Below are positions 11,969 through 28,175 of a stretch of 64,000 bases of DNA, one piece after another; positions within the stretch are counted from its first letter, which is position 1; every line of letters starts with the position of its first letter. The notes under the pieces are model-generated. The model was not told the DNA's origin. It did not search any database and saw nothing but the letters and a program-made list of their open reading frames with translations. The position numbers were made by a program, and so were the translations under genes. This DNA is from TPA_inf: Saccharomyces. Its lineage: Eukaryota. The stretch spans positions 608,001-672,000 of the forward strand of contig BK006938.2 in NCBI GenBank assembly GCA_000146045.2, written 5' to 3'.

Positions 11969-12041
11969 CTTCCCCGCCAGGACTTGAACCTGGAATCTTC
12001 TGGTTCGTAGCCAGACGCCGTGACCATTGGGCCACGAGGAA
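11969..12041 (-). tRNA. tRNA-Arg (anticodon ACG), tR(ACG)D
   Basis: The reverse complement reads TTCCTCGTGGCCCAATGGTCACGGCGTCTGGCTACGAACCAGAAGATTCCAGGTTCAAGTCCTGGCGGGGAAG. A and B boxes and the ACG anticodon in a 7-nt loop are all present. Confidence 0.9.
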
Positions 12042-14081
12042 CAAGATTTCTTGAAGTTATTGAAATACGGGATTTGCTGATACCAGAATTAATAAATTCA
12101 GACCGACTTCTCTTGTGGGGTGGTAATCATCATTTAAAGTGTGGTATCCTGCTTAGCCCGGACAAAGAAGTTATTTTAAAGATTTATTTGCCAATCTTCA
12201 CAACTGCCCTGTTGTATCTATATATTATTCTGTTGAAACAAAGTTTTAATATAGTCTACTAACTAGTATTCCCGCATTTCTCATATTCCTTTGAAAATAC
12301 CAACTATCGCTTATTTTACCAGCAGTTAATTAACTAAAACGTTCTCATGGGGATGGACACCAGTTAAAGAATCAATAGAACCTTTTTCAAATCTCCATAT
12401 GGAGCGGCCTCAATGAGTAGCAACGAGGGAAATAATTACTTGCTTCGGCTGCATTCAGTGATTAGTTAAAAAGTCGTCACCCTAAGTTTTTCTGTCGTAT
12501 TTTAGGCATTTTCATTTTGAGGAAATATCGTATACCTGGTAATTGCCTATATTTTGAGATGAAGACTGTTTCTCATTTCTTTTTGGTCATCTCCTTGCAG
12601 AGCATTTGATAATATAGTAGTAATAATGAATTGTAGTCGATAAATGTTAGTTGATTCTCATTCCTATCGTATCGATAAGGAAACCTGAGAAATACCAAGG
12701 TTCAACGATAATGGCAAACATGCTTCATTAATCGGTATTCTTGATCAAATACTTCCTTGCCTGCCATACGGCATCCCTTAATCGCAAAATAGTAATATTC
12801 TTTCCAACTATATAACCGTTATTTTAACACACATTTCTCAAGAGACCCCTTTCTAGAAATGGCATGGAGTGGCAAGTATCTTCAAGCTATTTTTTAGTTG
12901 TTCATGTACTCCATAGAGTGACGGTTCTTGCAATTTCAACTAGTTTCAAGATAGTCATAAAAATTTGCAACCGAGCCCATTACTATATATATATATATAC
13001 AAAAAATTTTAACATTAAACCTTGAGCTCGGGTTTTATCTCATACCAAGTATTATCAACCTTTGGCCGGTGTGTTCCTAATATGGTATCGATTTTCAAGT
13101 ATACCGTGTAACATTTGGTTTTTGAATTATCCAGGGGTATTGCAAGGAATATCGTGGATCCTGCCATATGAAGGCGTGGATCTTAATTTATTCACCTTTA
13201 CTGATCGTACCAAACGAAGTAAGCGTAGAAAGCTAACCAATTTCCTCTTGTTACAGAGAGAAAACTTTTCTTGTACAGTAAACTGAATATGCTACGTCGT
13301 AGACTTACAATGACGCCGCACTTAGGGATAGTAGTTACCTTGCTCACTTTACTGTCGTGATCATTACACCCGTACGTAATCGATGATCATTGCAGGAGAG
13401 GGGCACTTTGGTCTGACATCACTTTTTTTACCTAATCAAATAGATTGGCTTTTATTTGACAGATAAGGTTTATGATCTCTTTTTTCGAATGGAAAGTTCC
13501 ATGCAGGCACCCTTTATCTCATTGTATTTAAACTACATATAGAATGGATGGAAACGTGGCAAGTCATATCAGGACGCTTTGAAGACTGATAATTAAAAAC
13601 ATTAAACAAGTTTCCAGATATCAGGAAGCGACCAAGCCAATATTCAGAACTTTCGTTTCGAAAAACACAGTAATATATTATTCTCAAAAATTACCACACT
13701 TTTTTTAGGCAAGGCTGCAAAATAATACCAGAAAAGCAGAGGCGGTTCTTAACTTCTGTGTAAATTCAGTGCAGGAGGACGGGTGTTGTGTTATTAACTT
13801 GCAAGGAAAAGAAAGTTTGTGTCTCCCCTTGTTCTACGCTAGCGAAATGGGTGTGTGGAAGAGTCAAAACTGAACCAAGAAAAAAAAAAAAAAAAAAACA
13901 AAACAGATAAAAAGATAAACAAAGGCAAGATCAAAAAGCCCTATCGTGAACGCTATCAAAGGACTTTTAAAATTCATAAATTAATAGTTCGTCCGTTGCC
14001 CTCTTGAATATAATAGAGATAGAGTTTAATACTTGCTTTTTACCTTTGCTTTTTTTTTGTATATCTCCATCTCAGCCCTAG

Positions 14082-16721
<2,640 letters not shown>

Positions 16722-17065
16722 TTATTTTGGACGATAAAAGTTTTTCATGTGTACAGTCTATATAAAATATGCATATCATGTGGTTACATAAGAAGAATGT
16801 TAATCTTGTTTGGAGATTTTGTTTTTGGAAACTTCGCCATTGCGAAGGGTGTTGCAAACTGAATTTCTGTTTAAGTTTTTAATTAATAATCCTTATTTTG
16901 ATCTTTTCTGATGGCCGTGTTTGAACGCATAGTATTGTGAATATAAGCGAAGTGAAAACCTTTACACCTGCGGCAGATGCCATATTACTGCGCTAGTGGT
17001 GAATATTATTAAGCGTGCTATCAAAAAGAGATGAAAACGTGCTAACTAAAAAGGACTCAGATTCG

Positions 17066-17998
17066 TTACACACTTAGCCTCGAATAACGATCAGGATCTG
17101 TTCTAACCACAACTCCATGGACAGCATGCAATGTTTGGGCTCTTGATAACGTCCCCCCATCAGTACTATCGTATATATTAAAATCGTCTGCAAAGCTCGA
17201 AGCATCGTCGGGGATTGAACAGTTATCCAGGTTATAGTTAGTAACATTTCGGTCACTCTTGCTAATATCTTGTTCGATTTTTTCATCGGGTTCTTCCTTT
17301 TGAGCTTGGCCACTTTCTTCGTCAAAAGTATTGCCTTTAGCTAGGAATCTAAACCTACACCACCATATGAAATGAGACGCGAAAATTCCTAACTCCATTC
17401 CAGCAACTATTGAGTATAATATAATACCCATAATATCCATATTACCTAGGATAACACTGATGATAGATAGCCAAGCACCTAATGAATCGATGAATAAGAA
17501 GGCAAAGTTGATGCCAATAACACGACCTTTCCTTTTGGCTAGTTCAAAGTAAGGTGGAAGCAGTCCGACAGCTAACAAAACAGATGCAGAAATACCAAAA
17601 ATCAGATCGGGCCATTTAACACCCTTCTCGTAAAGGGGCCTCAGCCATAATATAAAGCCAACTTCCATGCCAACATCAGCCGCAATAATAGCAGCTACAA
17701 TCATTACTATTTTGGATCTCGCCATACTGATTGGTGGATAATAACACGATTGGACGAAACTTATAGAACAGAAGAACATAAAAAGGTGTGGTTGAACTTG
17801 TAAAATGACATTACCTTTACTAACACAGAAATATATGGCAAATGGAATTCCGGAAACAACCCAGAGGAACATCATCAGTGGTGGCAGCCCCGTACAGTCC
17901 TTTTTTTTCCAATTATATATTATTTGCGGAATTAGCTGGACACACCAGCAAACTGTTGCTATAGTAGCTAAAGCGGTAGCAGCCTTTTCAGAGATCAT
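17066..17998 (-). CDS. ILT1: YDR090C (ILT1) PQ-loop family membrane protein, 310 aa
   Basis: A 310-aa multi-TM ORF with PQ-loop-like repeats and the correct position. Confidence 0.7.
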   Translation of the reverse strand: MISEKAATALATIATVCWCVQLIPQIIYNWKKKDCTGLPPLMMFLWVVSGIPFAIYFCVSKGNVILQVQPHLFMFFCSISFVQSCYYPPISMARSKIVMIVAAIIAADVGMEVGFILWLRPLYEKGVKWPDLIFGISASVLLAVGLLPPYFELAKRKGRVIGINFAFLFIDSLGAWLSIISVILGNMDIMGIILYSIVAGMELGIFASHFIWWCRFRFLAKGNTFDEESGQAQKEEPDEKIEQDISKSDRNVTNYNLDNCSIPDDASSFADDFNIYDSTDGGTLSRAQTLHAVHGVVVRTDPDRYSRLSV

Positions 17999-18707
17999 GA
18001 ATACCTTATTCTTAAATCTATGTTATGTTATAGTATTCCACAGTTTATATTTCAGCGGTTAATTTGAAAATAGAGATCAGCGGAAAGTAGAAGGCACCAG
18101 AAGGAAAGCATTATTTATATGAGTTTCGTTTGGTACGAGAAGTGTGATACAGAGGTAATCTACCTATCTAGTCATTGAAAAATGCTATCAAGAAACGGCG
18201 TTCTCATATTACCCGAAGCACCTTATCTGGCGCTCACACCGCGGAAATAATTGGGTGATATTTTAGACAAACGGACTTTAATGTCATGCTAAGATAAACG
18301 TTCAGTAATGCAGCAAATGCTTATCATGACGACTCGTTTACAAGGTAAATTCGATTACGAAGAAGGTGCGGACAAAATAACGATTAATTAAAATACAATA
18401 GGTATATAAAATAAATAGAGAATAAATATAGTGTAGTTGCTTTACAGAAAAATGAAATAAACTGGAGTACGGATCACCGAAGAGGAGGTTGTTCACTTTC
18501 AGGTTATGATGTAATGAAGGTGGGAAGTTAGAAATGTATTAGTTGGCGTATATCTAGAAATAAACAACCCGATGCTTGGGAAGGAACTCAATGTAATATA
18601 ATACTCATTTTGTTTTGCAAAAACATTATAACTCTTAATTATTTCTCCACATTTCTAAACCCAAAAATAAAACAATCGTCCTCTTGGTTCTCCGAATCCC
18701 AAGATGC

Positions 18708-20534
18708 TTAAATACCGGTGTTATCCAAGAAAAAGTAGTTTCCTGATGATTTTTGTTCTTTATCCATTTGGGAATCTAGCTTATTAATTCTTGGTCTGAA
18801 GGAGTTTGGATCCCTTCTGAAGGTGACATTCAAATTCTTCAAAAATCTGTTACAACCAGTCAACAAAGATTCAGGGGCTCTTGCGTGAGCATTCTTGGAA
18901 GGAATACCTTCAAAAACAATGACCTTATCAGCAAGATAAGTAGCCATGATGAAATCGTGCTCGACAATAAACGCAGTTTTCTTATTATGTAAGATGAATC
19001 TTCTGATAACTTTAGAACAGATAATACGTTGTTCGGAATCTAAGTAGGCAGATGGCTCATCAATCAAGTATATGTCTGCTGGGATACCCAATGCCAAGAC
19101 GATGGCGACTCTTTGTAATTCACCACCAGACAAATGTTGGACTTCTTGATCAATAATATCGTCAATCCTTAAAGGTTTAACGACATCAGTCTGAAACTGT
19201 GGATTTAGGAATTGTCCTCTAATTTTCTTGAAAAACAATTGTCTGACAGTACCTGGGAACTTTGGTGCAATTTTTTGTGGTTTCATAGAAACATTCAATT
19301 TTGGAATATCTTGTCCTTCATCTGGCTTCAAAGCACCAGCTAGTAATTTGATCAAAGTGGTCTTACCGGTACCGTTTTCACCCATCATAACAAGGATTTC
19401 GGAATCGGAGAATTCACCTTCTTCAACATTCAAAACAAAATCACCTTGAGTTTTCTTCAAACTTGGGTAAGAGAAGGCGCGACTAGCAGAGTCATTCTGC
19501 AAGTCTTCGGTAGCATCAGCTATTCTAAATTGTAAAGCTTCAGTTCTGAATCTCAGGTTTTCAGCAGGAATATGACCGTCCAAGAATATGTTGATACCTT
19601 CTCTGACAGAGGCTGGTAATGTAACAACACCGTAAACAGATGGAACACCATATATGATACAAACGAAATCGGAAAGATAATCCAAAACTGACAAATCGTG
19701 CTCAACACAAATAACGTATTTAGTTGGAGCTAGTAAAGATCTAATAATTTGAGCGGCATTCAAACGTTGCTTAACATCCAAATAAGATGAAGGTTCATCG
19801 AACATATAAACATCAGCCTCTTGAACACATGACATACCAATGGCAAATCTTTGCAGTTCACCACCAGATAACTTTTCAATATCTCTTTTCAAAACGTTTT
19901 CCAACTGTAAAATTTTGATGTAGCGTTTCACATCTTCAGGACTTTTTTCCATTCTCAATTTCAAAAGTTCGCCAACTTTTTGAACCGGACCTTTAATAGC
20001 ACGAGGAATGTTATCAACATATTGAGGTTTGATTATAGCCTTGATATCATCTTCCAGCATCTTGGTGAAGTAATTTTGTAATTCAGAACCACGGAAATAT
20101 TTAATAATTTCCTGCCATTCAGGAGGATCATCAAAACGACCTAAATTAGGTTTTTGTTTACCGGCTAAGATTTTCAAGGCGGTAGACTTACCAATACCGT
20201 TGGTACCGACTAAACCAAGGACTTGACCCGGTCTTGGTGTTGGCAATCTGTGCAGTTTGAAACTATTGGCAGAGTAACGGTGAGTTACATGGGCTTCTAA
20301 ATTAGTTGGCAAATTGATAATTTGAATAGCATCAAATGGACATTTCTTAACGCAAATACCACAACCAATACACAAGATTTCGGAAATGAATGCGATTTTT
20401 GAAGTTGGAGTGACTTCAATACATAATTTACCAGTTTTCACAACGGGACACGAACGTTTACACTCTTGACGACACTTTTTTGGTTTACATTTATCAGCGC
20501 TAACGATAGCGATACGACTGTTTTTATCACTCAT
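18708..20534 (-). CDS. RLI1: RLI1 (YDR091C) ABCE1 Fe-S ATPase for ribosome recycling and biogenesis, 608 aa
   Basis: N-terminal ferredoxin-type Cys clusters ([13 protein letters not shown]), two ABC cassettes each with a Walker A ([18 protein letters not shown]) and a signature motif (LSGGELQR), and 608 aa. Confidence 0.95.
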   Translation of the reverse strand: MSDKNSRIAIVSADKCKPKKCRQECKRSCPVVKTGKLCIEVTPTSKIAFISEILCIGCGICVKKCPFDAIQIINLPTNLEAHVTHRYSANSFKLHRLPTPRPGQVLGLVGTNGIGKSTALKILAGKQKPNLGRFDDPPEWQEIIKYFRGSELQNYFTKMLEDDIKAIIKPQYVDNIPRAIKGPVQKVGELLKLRMEKSPEDVKRYIKILQLENVLKRDIEKLSGGELQRFAIGMSCVQEADVYMFDEPSSYLDVKQRLNAAQIIRSLLAPTKYVICVEHDLSVLDYLSDFVCIIYGVPSVYGVVTLPASVREGINIFLDGHIPAENLRFRTEALQFRIADATEDLQNDSASRAFSYPSLKKTQGDFVLNVEEGEFSDSEILVMMGENGTGKTTLIKLLAGALKPDEGQDIPKLNVSMKPQKIAPKFPGTVRQLFFKKIRGQFLNPQFQTDVVKPLRIDDIIDQEVQHLSGGELQRVAIVLALGIPADIYLIDEPSAYLDSEQRIICSKVIRRFILHNKKTAFIVEHDFIMATYLADKVIVFEGIPSKNAHARAPESLLTGCNRFLKNLNVTFRRDPNSFRPRINKLDSQMDKEQKSSGNYFFLDNTGI

Positions 20535-20686
20535 TATGGTCTGTCGTGTTTTCTTAAGAACTTTTGCAGAAGGCTAGGTGGAATTCGCGCTGAAACAGAT
20601 CACAATGAAGATCTAAGAATACAGAAACAATAAAGGTTAATGCCCAGTTTTACATTTTTTTTTTTTCACTTTCACTTTGCTAGCGA

Positions 20687-20724
20687 GCGATGCGATTGAG
20701 AAAAAAAATAGAAAATTTTTTCAG
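20687..20724 (-). promoter_or_regulatory. RRPE (TGAAAAAATTTTC on the RLI1 strand) plus a PAC-like element (GCGATGCGAT) in the RLI1 promoter
   Basis: Read directly. The PAC-like element is a 7/8 match. Confidence 0.55.
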
Positions 20725-21875
20725 TTGCAAAACTACCCGGCTAGAAATCTGGTTCGATGCACACGAGTAACAAGAGATTGTTTTTCTATCCATGGTATTT
20801 GCTTATGAACAGGTGACTGAAGCAGCGTATAGTCATGTTCAGTCTTTACTATGTGAAGGGTAGGATGCTAATGACCGGCTCTTTCTTATCCTCCGCGGTG
20901 TTTTAAACGATGCTCCTTTCAAGTACGCTATTCCGTACTATTTTTTACTGTGATAATTTGATCATCAACAACGACGAAAATGACACGTCGGCGGCTAATT
21001 TGATATTTCTTTATTTGTGTATTTCCGTTGCAGATACGAGGGCGTTTTACATGACATCAAACTATTAGGAAAATCCTTTTCCAATTCAGTTTGTAGTAAA
21101 CCATGATAGGCCACAAGACATTTTTTTTCAACTGGGGAGAAATTTAACAAGGACGTCTTTTTTTATTTAGACGATAAAAAACCAAGAAACAAAACTAGTA
21201 AAGGTTCTTGGAAGCATTTATCTGGATGCAAAATAATCGTTATTCTTGGGCATGCTGACAATGCTGAAAAAGTTATCCAAACAAAGTAGTCAAATATTCA
21301 AGATCACTATTAGATCGCTAAACATTAATTTCTCATTTTGCGACGATACTTTTTTTACAGAATATAAATTCATGTTAATTTTGAGATATTTAAGCGTTTC
21401 ATCTCTTTTTTTCTGGGCTAAAAAAGCTTTTCGATGTCTAGAAATACTACCAACAAATACTTGAATGCAGAACAAGAAGGAAAAAAGCTTGATACTAGTC
21501 AAGCTTAATGATTAGATTCTGCGGGAGCCGCGGGAACAGAAAATACTAACGTTTTAAATATCATTTAAAAAATTACCAAAGTACAATAAGCAGTTTTTTC
21601 TTTGCCTTCTCTACATGTGAACAAATATAATGGGCATCTAACAGGAATTTGTTTTCCTTTAAACCATCAAAGAGAATAGTTCAGTTAATTATGCCGCATC
21701 CGTATTGTTACCCGAAATTATGGTGTTTTTAAAACAAAGGATAAGTGATTCATTGAAAGATGGCGCGCCACCACGAACCAAAACACCTCTATAGAGAATA
21801 GTACTTTACACTCTTCTGTTCTTTTTTTTTCCAATATTAGCAAATAAGGTCAGGTTCATTGTAACATAGTTAGAA

Positions 21876-21905
21876 ATGGCATCATTACCCAAGAGAATAA
21901 TCAAG
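21876..21905 (+). CDS. UBC13: UBC13 (YDR092W) exon 1 (MASLPKRIIK)
   Basis: ATG at 21876, followed by a GTATGT 5' splice site at 21906. Confidence 0.88.
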
Positions 21906-22173
21906 GTATGTTCAAACAAGAGCAGTGGATTATATACGAAATCTGAAGTGACGTTTTCGTCTGAGCCGTCACACTCTACACTGTTTCCTCTTGATAATGG
22001 CTAGAACTTACATACTAACGCAAAACTTCCAAAACAAGAAGGCTTTTTTTGTCCAGTTTGTAGCAGCGTTCCGCCTTCCCTTTGTCCATATCCGCAAACG
22101 CTCATATGGAGGGAATTCAACAGAACAAACTACTAGGGCAGAAAACGCAAAGTCTTTGTGAACTTTCATATAG
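21906..22173 (+). other. UBC13 spliceosomal intron, about 268 nt
   Basis: GTATGT 5' splice site, TACTAAC branch point near 22013-22019, and a TAG 3' splice site at 22171-22173. Exon 2 continues [20 protein letters not shown] in frame with the 22333 track ORF. Confidence 0.85.
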
Positions 22174-22605
22174 GAAACTGAGAAATTAGTAAGTGACCCA
22201 GTACCTGGCATTACAGCAGAACCACATGACGACAACTTACGTTACTTCCAAGTAACAATCGAAGGCCCAGAACAGTCACCATATGAAGACGGTATTTTCG
22301 AATTAGAATTATATCTGCCTGACGACTATCCAATGGAAGCACCGAAAGTACGTTTTTTAACCAAGATATATCATCCCAATATTGATAGGTTGGGCCGTAT
22401 ATGTCTTGATGTGCTTAAAACTAATTGGTCACCCGCTTTACAGATCAGAACCGTCCTGCTGTCCATTCAAGCACTGTTGGCTAGCCCTAATCCTAATGAT
22501 CCGCTAGCTAATGACGTCGCTGAAGATTGGATAAAGAATGAGCAAGGTGCCAAAGCTAAGGCTCGCGAATGGACGAAATTGTATGCAAAGAAGAAACCCG
22601 AGTGA
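22174..22605 (+). CDS. UBC13: UBC13 exon 2, K63-specific E2 ubiquitin-conjugating enzyme (153 aa in total)
   Basis: UBC fold with the HPN motif and catalytic Cys ([18 protein letters not shown]). Confidence 0.9.
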   Translation, partial: ETEKLVSDPVPGITAEPHDDNLRYFQVTIEGPEQSPYEDGIFELELYLPDDYPMEAPKVRFLTKIYHPNIDRLGRICLDVLKTNWSPALQIRTVLLSIQALLASPNPNDPLANDVAEDWIKNEQGAKAKAREWTKLYAKKKPE

Positions 22606-23281
22606 TCATTTCTGTATAAGTTTTCTCAACTGAATATATAAATATATATCATTACTATGCTGCTGCTGCTGCAAAAAAAAAAAAATTTACGATAAATGCA
22701 AAAACCATAGATGGTCATCTAAAGAGGCGCATTTCTCAAAAATGTAGCGTCGCTAAAATGGTTTTCTCTACCTTTAGTTTTACGCCAGATTTTTACTAGA
22801 CGCGTTTTAGTTTACTTTTTCCTACCCTGTTCGTTTTTTTTTTTTTTTTCGCACCAAATTTTTCAACCGTTCCATGGAAGCCGGGATCGACCGTCCTACA
22901 CTAATGTAAGCATTAGTCCGCTCGAGGGTCCACGTTTAATTCCGGATCATAAAGTTTTTAATGTATTTCTTGTTATTATCGCTTTTGTTGATCTTACCTG
23001 CTATTGCATAGAGACAGACAATAGACAAACCAGATTCATCGCTTACTCGGTGGTTTACCTCTTAGTATTACTTTCGCTGCTTCTTTCTGCTGTGACAGAG
23101 TCTCAGGTGAAACAAATTAATCAAAAGAGTTGATTAAACGCAAGAGCGTTGAGAGAGTTTAAAAAACCATCCGTTTCTTTTTCTATTTGCTTTCACATTG
23201 TTCGTACTTTGTTCCTTTTTTCCTAATCCTTTTAATAATAGAATTCTTTAAAAAGAATCATAGCATAAACTCAACACATAT

Positions 23282-26200
23282 ATGTCAAGTCCCTCCAAAC
23301 CCACTTCTCCCTTCGTGGATGATATTGAGCATGAATCGGGATCAGCATCTAATGGTCTGTCGTCCATGTCACCATTTGACGATAGTTTTCAATTTGAAAA
23401 ACCCAGTAGTGCGCATGGAAATATTGAAGTAGCGAAAACCGGCGGTTCTGTTTTGAAGCGACAATCTAAGCCAATGAAAGATATTAGCACACCCGATCTC
23501 TCAAAAGTTACTTTTGATGGAATCGATGATTATAGTAACGATAATGATATTAATGATGATGATGAACTCAATGGTAAAAAAACCGAGATACATGAACACG
23601 AAAATGAGGTGGATGATGACCTCCATTCGTTCCAGGCAACACCTATGCCTAATACTGGAGGCTTTGAGGATGTTGAGTTGGATAACAATGAAGGTAGCAA
23701 CAATGATTCCCAGGCAGATCATAAGTTGAAAAGAGTACGTTTTGGTACAAGAAGAAATAAGTCAGGTAGGATAGATATAAATAGGTCAAAAACATTGAAA
23801 TGGGCCAAGAAGAACTTCCACAATGCTATTGATGAATTCAGTACAAAAGAAGACAGTCTCGAAAATTCAGCCTTGCAAAATAGGTCTGATGAGTTGAGAA
23901 CAGTTTACTATAATTTACCCTTGCCGGAGGACATGCTTGACGAGGACGGCTTACCGTTGGCAGTTTACCCGCGTAATAAAATCAGGACTACGAAGTATAC
24001 TCCATTAACATTTTTTCCCAAGAACATTCTTTTCCAATTTCATAATTTTGCCAATATTTACTTTTTAATACTGTTGATTCTAGGTGCTTTTCAAATATTT
24101 GGTGTGACAAATCCAGGTTTTGCATCCGTTCCCCTAATTGTCATCGTAATTATCACTGCTATTAAGGATGGTATCGAAGATTCCAGAAGGACTGTATTGG
24201 ATTTAGAAGTTAATAATACAAGAACACATATCTTAAGCGGGGTGAAGAATGAAAATGTTGCTGTTGATAACGTTTCCTTATGGAGGCGTTTCAAGAAAGC
24301 GAATACAAGGGCATTGATTAAAATTTTTGAGTATTTTTCAGAAAACCTCACTGCTGCTGGTAGAGAAAAGAAGTTACAGAAAAAAAGGGAAGAATTACGA
24401 AGGAAGAGGAACTCGAGAAGCTTTGGGCCACGTGGGTCTCTGGATTCAATTGGTAGTTACAGAATGTCTGCCGACTTTGGTCGTCCCTCTTTGGATTATG
24501 AGAACCTGAATCAAACAATGTCACAGGCTAACAGGTATAACGATGGTGAAAATTTAGTTGATCGAACGCTACAGCCAAACCCTGAATGTAGGTTTGCCAA
24601 GGATTACTGGAAAAATGTTAAAGTTGGTGATATTGTTCGTGTTCACAATAACGATGAAATTCCTGCTGATATGATCTTATTATCGACATCAGATGTTGAT
24701 GGCGCTTGTTATGTGGAAACCAAAAATTTGGATGGTGAAACAAATCTAAAGGTCCGTCAATCATTAAAATGTAGCAAGATTATTAAGAGTTCAAGGGATA
24801 TTACCAGGACGAAGTTTTGGGTTGAAAGTGAAGGCCCACATGCCAACTTGTATTCTTATCAAGGTAATTTCAAATGGCAAGATACACAAAATGGAAACAT
24901 CAGAAATGAGCCTGTAAATATCAATAACTTATTATTGAGAGGTTGTACCTTGAGAAACACTAAGTGGGCCATGGGTATGGTTATTTTTACTGGTGACGAT
25001 ACCAAGATTATGATAAACGCTGGTGTCACTCCAACCAAAAAATCCAGAATTTCAAGAGAGTTGAATTTTTCTGTGATTTTGAATTTTGTACTATTGTTTA
25101 TCCTATGTTTCACTGCTGGTATTGTTAACGGTGTTTATTATAAACAGAAACCTCGATCGAGAGATTATTTTGAATTTGGTACCATTGGAGGTTCTGCCTC
25201 AACTAACGGTTTTGTTTCTTTTTGGGTGGCGGTTATTCTTTATCAGTCATTGGTTCCGATCTCTTTATATATTTCTGTGGAAATTATTAAGACAGCACAG
25301 GCTATTTTCATTTACACTGATGTTTTGTTGTATAATGCCAAGCTAGACTATCCATGTACACCAAAGTCGTGGAACATCTCCGATGATTTGGGTCAAATTG
25401 AGTATATTTTTTCAGATAAAACAGGCACCTTGACACAAAATGTGATGGAATTCAAAAAATGTACTATTAACGGTGTGTCTTATGGACGTGCCTATACGGA
25501 GGCACTAGCAGGCCTGAGGAAGAGACAAGGTGTTGATGTCGAATCGGAAGGTCGTCGCGAAAAGGAAGAGATAGCAAAAGATAGGGAAACAATGATCGAC
25601 GAATTAAGATCAATGAGTGATAATACACAGTTTTGTCCGGAGGATTTAACTTTTGTATCTAAGGAAATTGTGGAAGACTTGAAAGGATCCAGTGGCGACC
25701 ATCAACAAAAGTGCTGTGAACACTTTTTGCTGGCGCTCGCATTATGTCATTCTGTCCTTGTGGAGCCAAATAAAGATGATCCTAAAAAACTGGACATCAA
25801 GGCTCAATCACCTGATGAGTCTGCCTTAGTTTCCACCGCCAGACAATTAGGGTACAGTTTCGTTGGTAGTTCAAAAAGTGGATTGATAGTAGAGATCCAG
25901 GGTGTTCAAAAGGAGTTCCAAGTTCTGAACGTACTTGAATTCAATTCGTCGAGAAAAAGGATGAGTTGCATTATCAAGATCCCTGGCTCTACACCAAAGG
26001 ATGAACCTAAAGCACTGTTAATATGTAAAGGTGCGGATTCCGTTATCTATTCAAGATTAGATCGCACTCAAAACGACGCTACTTTGTTGGAAAAGACGGC
26101 CCTCCATTTGGAAGAATATGCCACAGAAGGTTTAAGAACATTATGTTTGGCTCAAAGAGAGCTCACGTGGTCCGAGTATGAACGTTGGGTTAAGACTTAT

Positions 26201-28120
26201 GATGTGGCCGCTGCATCCGTTACTAATAGGGAGGAAGAGTTGGACAAAGTTACTGACGTTATTGAACGTGAGCTTATTTTGCTTGGTGGTACGGCCATTG
26301 AGGATCGTTTACAAGATGGTGTTCCTGATTCGATTGCCCTCTTGGCCGAGGCCGGTATTAAGTTATGGGTCCTAACGGGTGATAAAGTGGAAACTGCCAT
26401 TAACATTGGTTTTTCCTGCAATGTTTTGAACAATGATATGGAATTATTGGTTGTGAAGGCTTCCGGCGAAGATGTAGAAGAATTTGGTAGTGACCCTATT
26501 CAAGTGGTTAACAATTTGGTGACAAAATACTTAAGGGAAAAATTTGGCATGAGTGGATCCGAGGAGGAGTTAAAAGAAGCTAAAAGAGAGCATGGTTTGC
26601 CACAGGGAAATTTTGCTGTCATTATCGATGGCGATGCGCTAAAAGTTGCTTTGAATGGTGAAGAAATGAGACGCAAGTTCTTGCTACTGTGTAAGAATTG
26701 TAAAGCTGTTTTGTGTTGCAGAGTTTCTCCAGCACAAAAGGCTGCAGTGGTCAAGTTGGTAAAAAAGACCTTAGACGTTATGACCTTGGCCATTGGTGAT
26801 GGTTCGAATGATGTAGCCATGATTCAATCGGCGGACGTTGGTGTTGGTATCGCGGGTGAAGAAGGCAGACAAGCTGTCATGTGTTCTGATTATGCCATCG
26901 GGCAGTTCAGATATGTGACAAGACTGGTATTGGTGCATGGTAAATGGTGTTATAAGAGACTGGCAGAGATGATCCCACAGTTTTTCTACAAGAACGTTAT
27001 TTTTACGCTATCCCTGTTCTGGTATGGTATTTACAATAATTTCGATGGGTCGTATTTGTTTGAGTATACGTACTTGACATTCTACAATCTTGCATTCACA
27101 TCCGTACCTGTTATTTTACTAGCAGTACTCGACCAAGATGTTTCCGACACCGTTTCGATGCTGGTGCCACAGTTGTACCGTGTGGGTATCCTAAGAAAAG
27201 AATGGAACCAAACCAAATTTCTTTGGTACATGTTGGATGGTGTATACCAATCTGTGATATGCTTCTTTTTCCCCTATTTGGCGTACCATAAAAACATGGT
27301 TGTAACTGAAAATGGCCTTGGACTAGACCACCGTTACTTTGTCGGTGTCTTCGTTACAGCAATTGCAGTCACTTCATGTAACTTTTACGTCTTCATGGAA
27401 CAGTATAGATGGGACTGGTTCTGTGGCCTATTCATATGTCTATCACTGGCCGTGTTTTACGGCTGGACGGGTATATGGACAAGCTCGTCGTCAAGTAACG
27501 AATTTTACAAGGGTGCGGCGCGTGTATTCGCACAACCTGCCTATTGGGCAGTACTTTTCGTTGGCGTGCTGTTCTGCCTACTGCCAAGATTCACCATTGA
27601 CTGTATCAGAAAGATATTCTATCCGAAAGATATAGAGATCGTTAGAGAAATGTGGTTACGCGGTGATTTTGACCTCTACCCACAAGGCTACGACCCTACG
27701 GACCCTAGCAGGCCCAGAATAAACGAAATACGTCCCCTTACAGATTTCAAAGAGCCCATTTCACTGGACACTCATTTTGATGGTGTCAGCCACTCACAAG
27801 AGACCATAGTCACAGAGGAAATACCAATGAGTATACTCAATGGTGAGCAAGGCTCGCGCAAGGGGTACCGTGTCTCTACCACTCTGGAACGCCGTGACCA
27901 GCTCAGCCCCGTTACAACAACGAACAACTTGCCTAGAAGATCAATGGCCAGTGCCCGCGGAAATAAGCTCAGAACTTCGCTGGATCGCACAAGAGAAGAG
28001 ATGCTTGCCAACCACCAACTGGACACAAGATACTCCGTGGAAAGAGCACGTGCCTCGCTGGATCTGCCGGGTATCAATCATGCAGAGACGCTGCTCAGCC
28101 AGCGCAGCAGGGACCGTTAA
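23282..28120 (+). CDS. DNF2: DNF2 (YDR093W) P4-type aminophospholipid flippase ATPase, 1612 aa
   Basis: P-type ATPase phosphorylation motif DKTGTLT, GDGSND in the hinge region, 10 TM segments, and 1612 aa. Confidence 0.95.
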
Positions 28121-28175
28121 TGATTACAATTTTTTTCTTCCTTTGTACTATGTATACCAATGTGATATGATATAG
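27840..28175 (+). CDS. YDR094W-like dubious ORF (111 aa) overlapping the DNF2 3' end
   Basis: An ORF-track ORF in another frame across the DNF2 C-terminus; unlikely to be coding. Confidence 0.15.

Noticed and set aside
12205-12225. tgttgtatct, which matches the first 10 nt of the sigma LTR, upstream of tRNA-Arg
   Set aside because: The similarity stops after 10 nt and there is no CAACA terminus or target-site duplication. It is not a sigma element.
12020-12262. An 80-aa ORF overlapping tRNA-Arg
   Set aside because: It starts at a GTG inside the tRNA gene body; the ORF caller accepts non-ATG starts. It is not a plausible protein gene.
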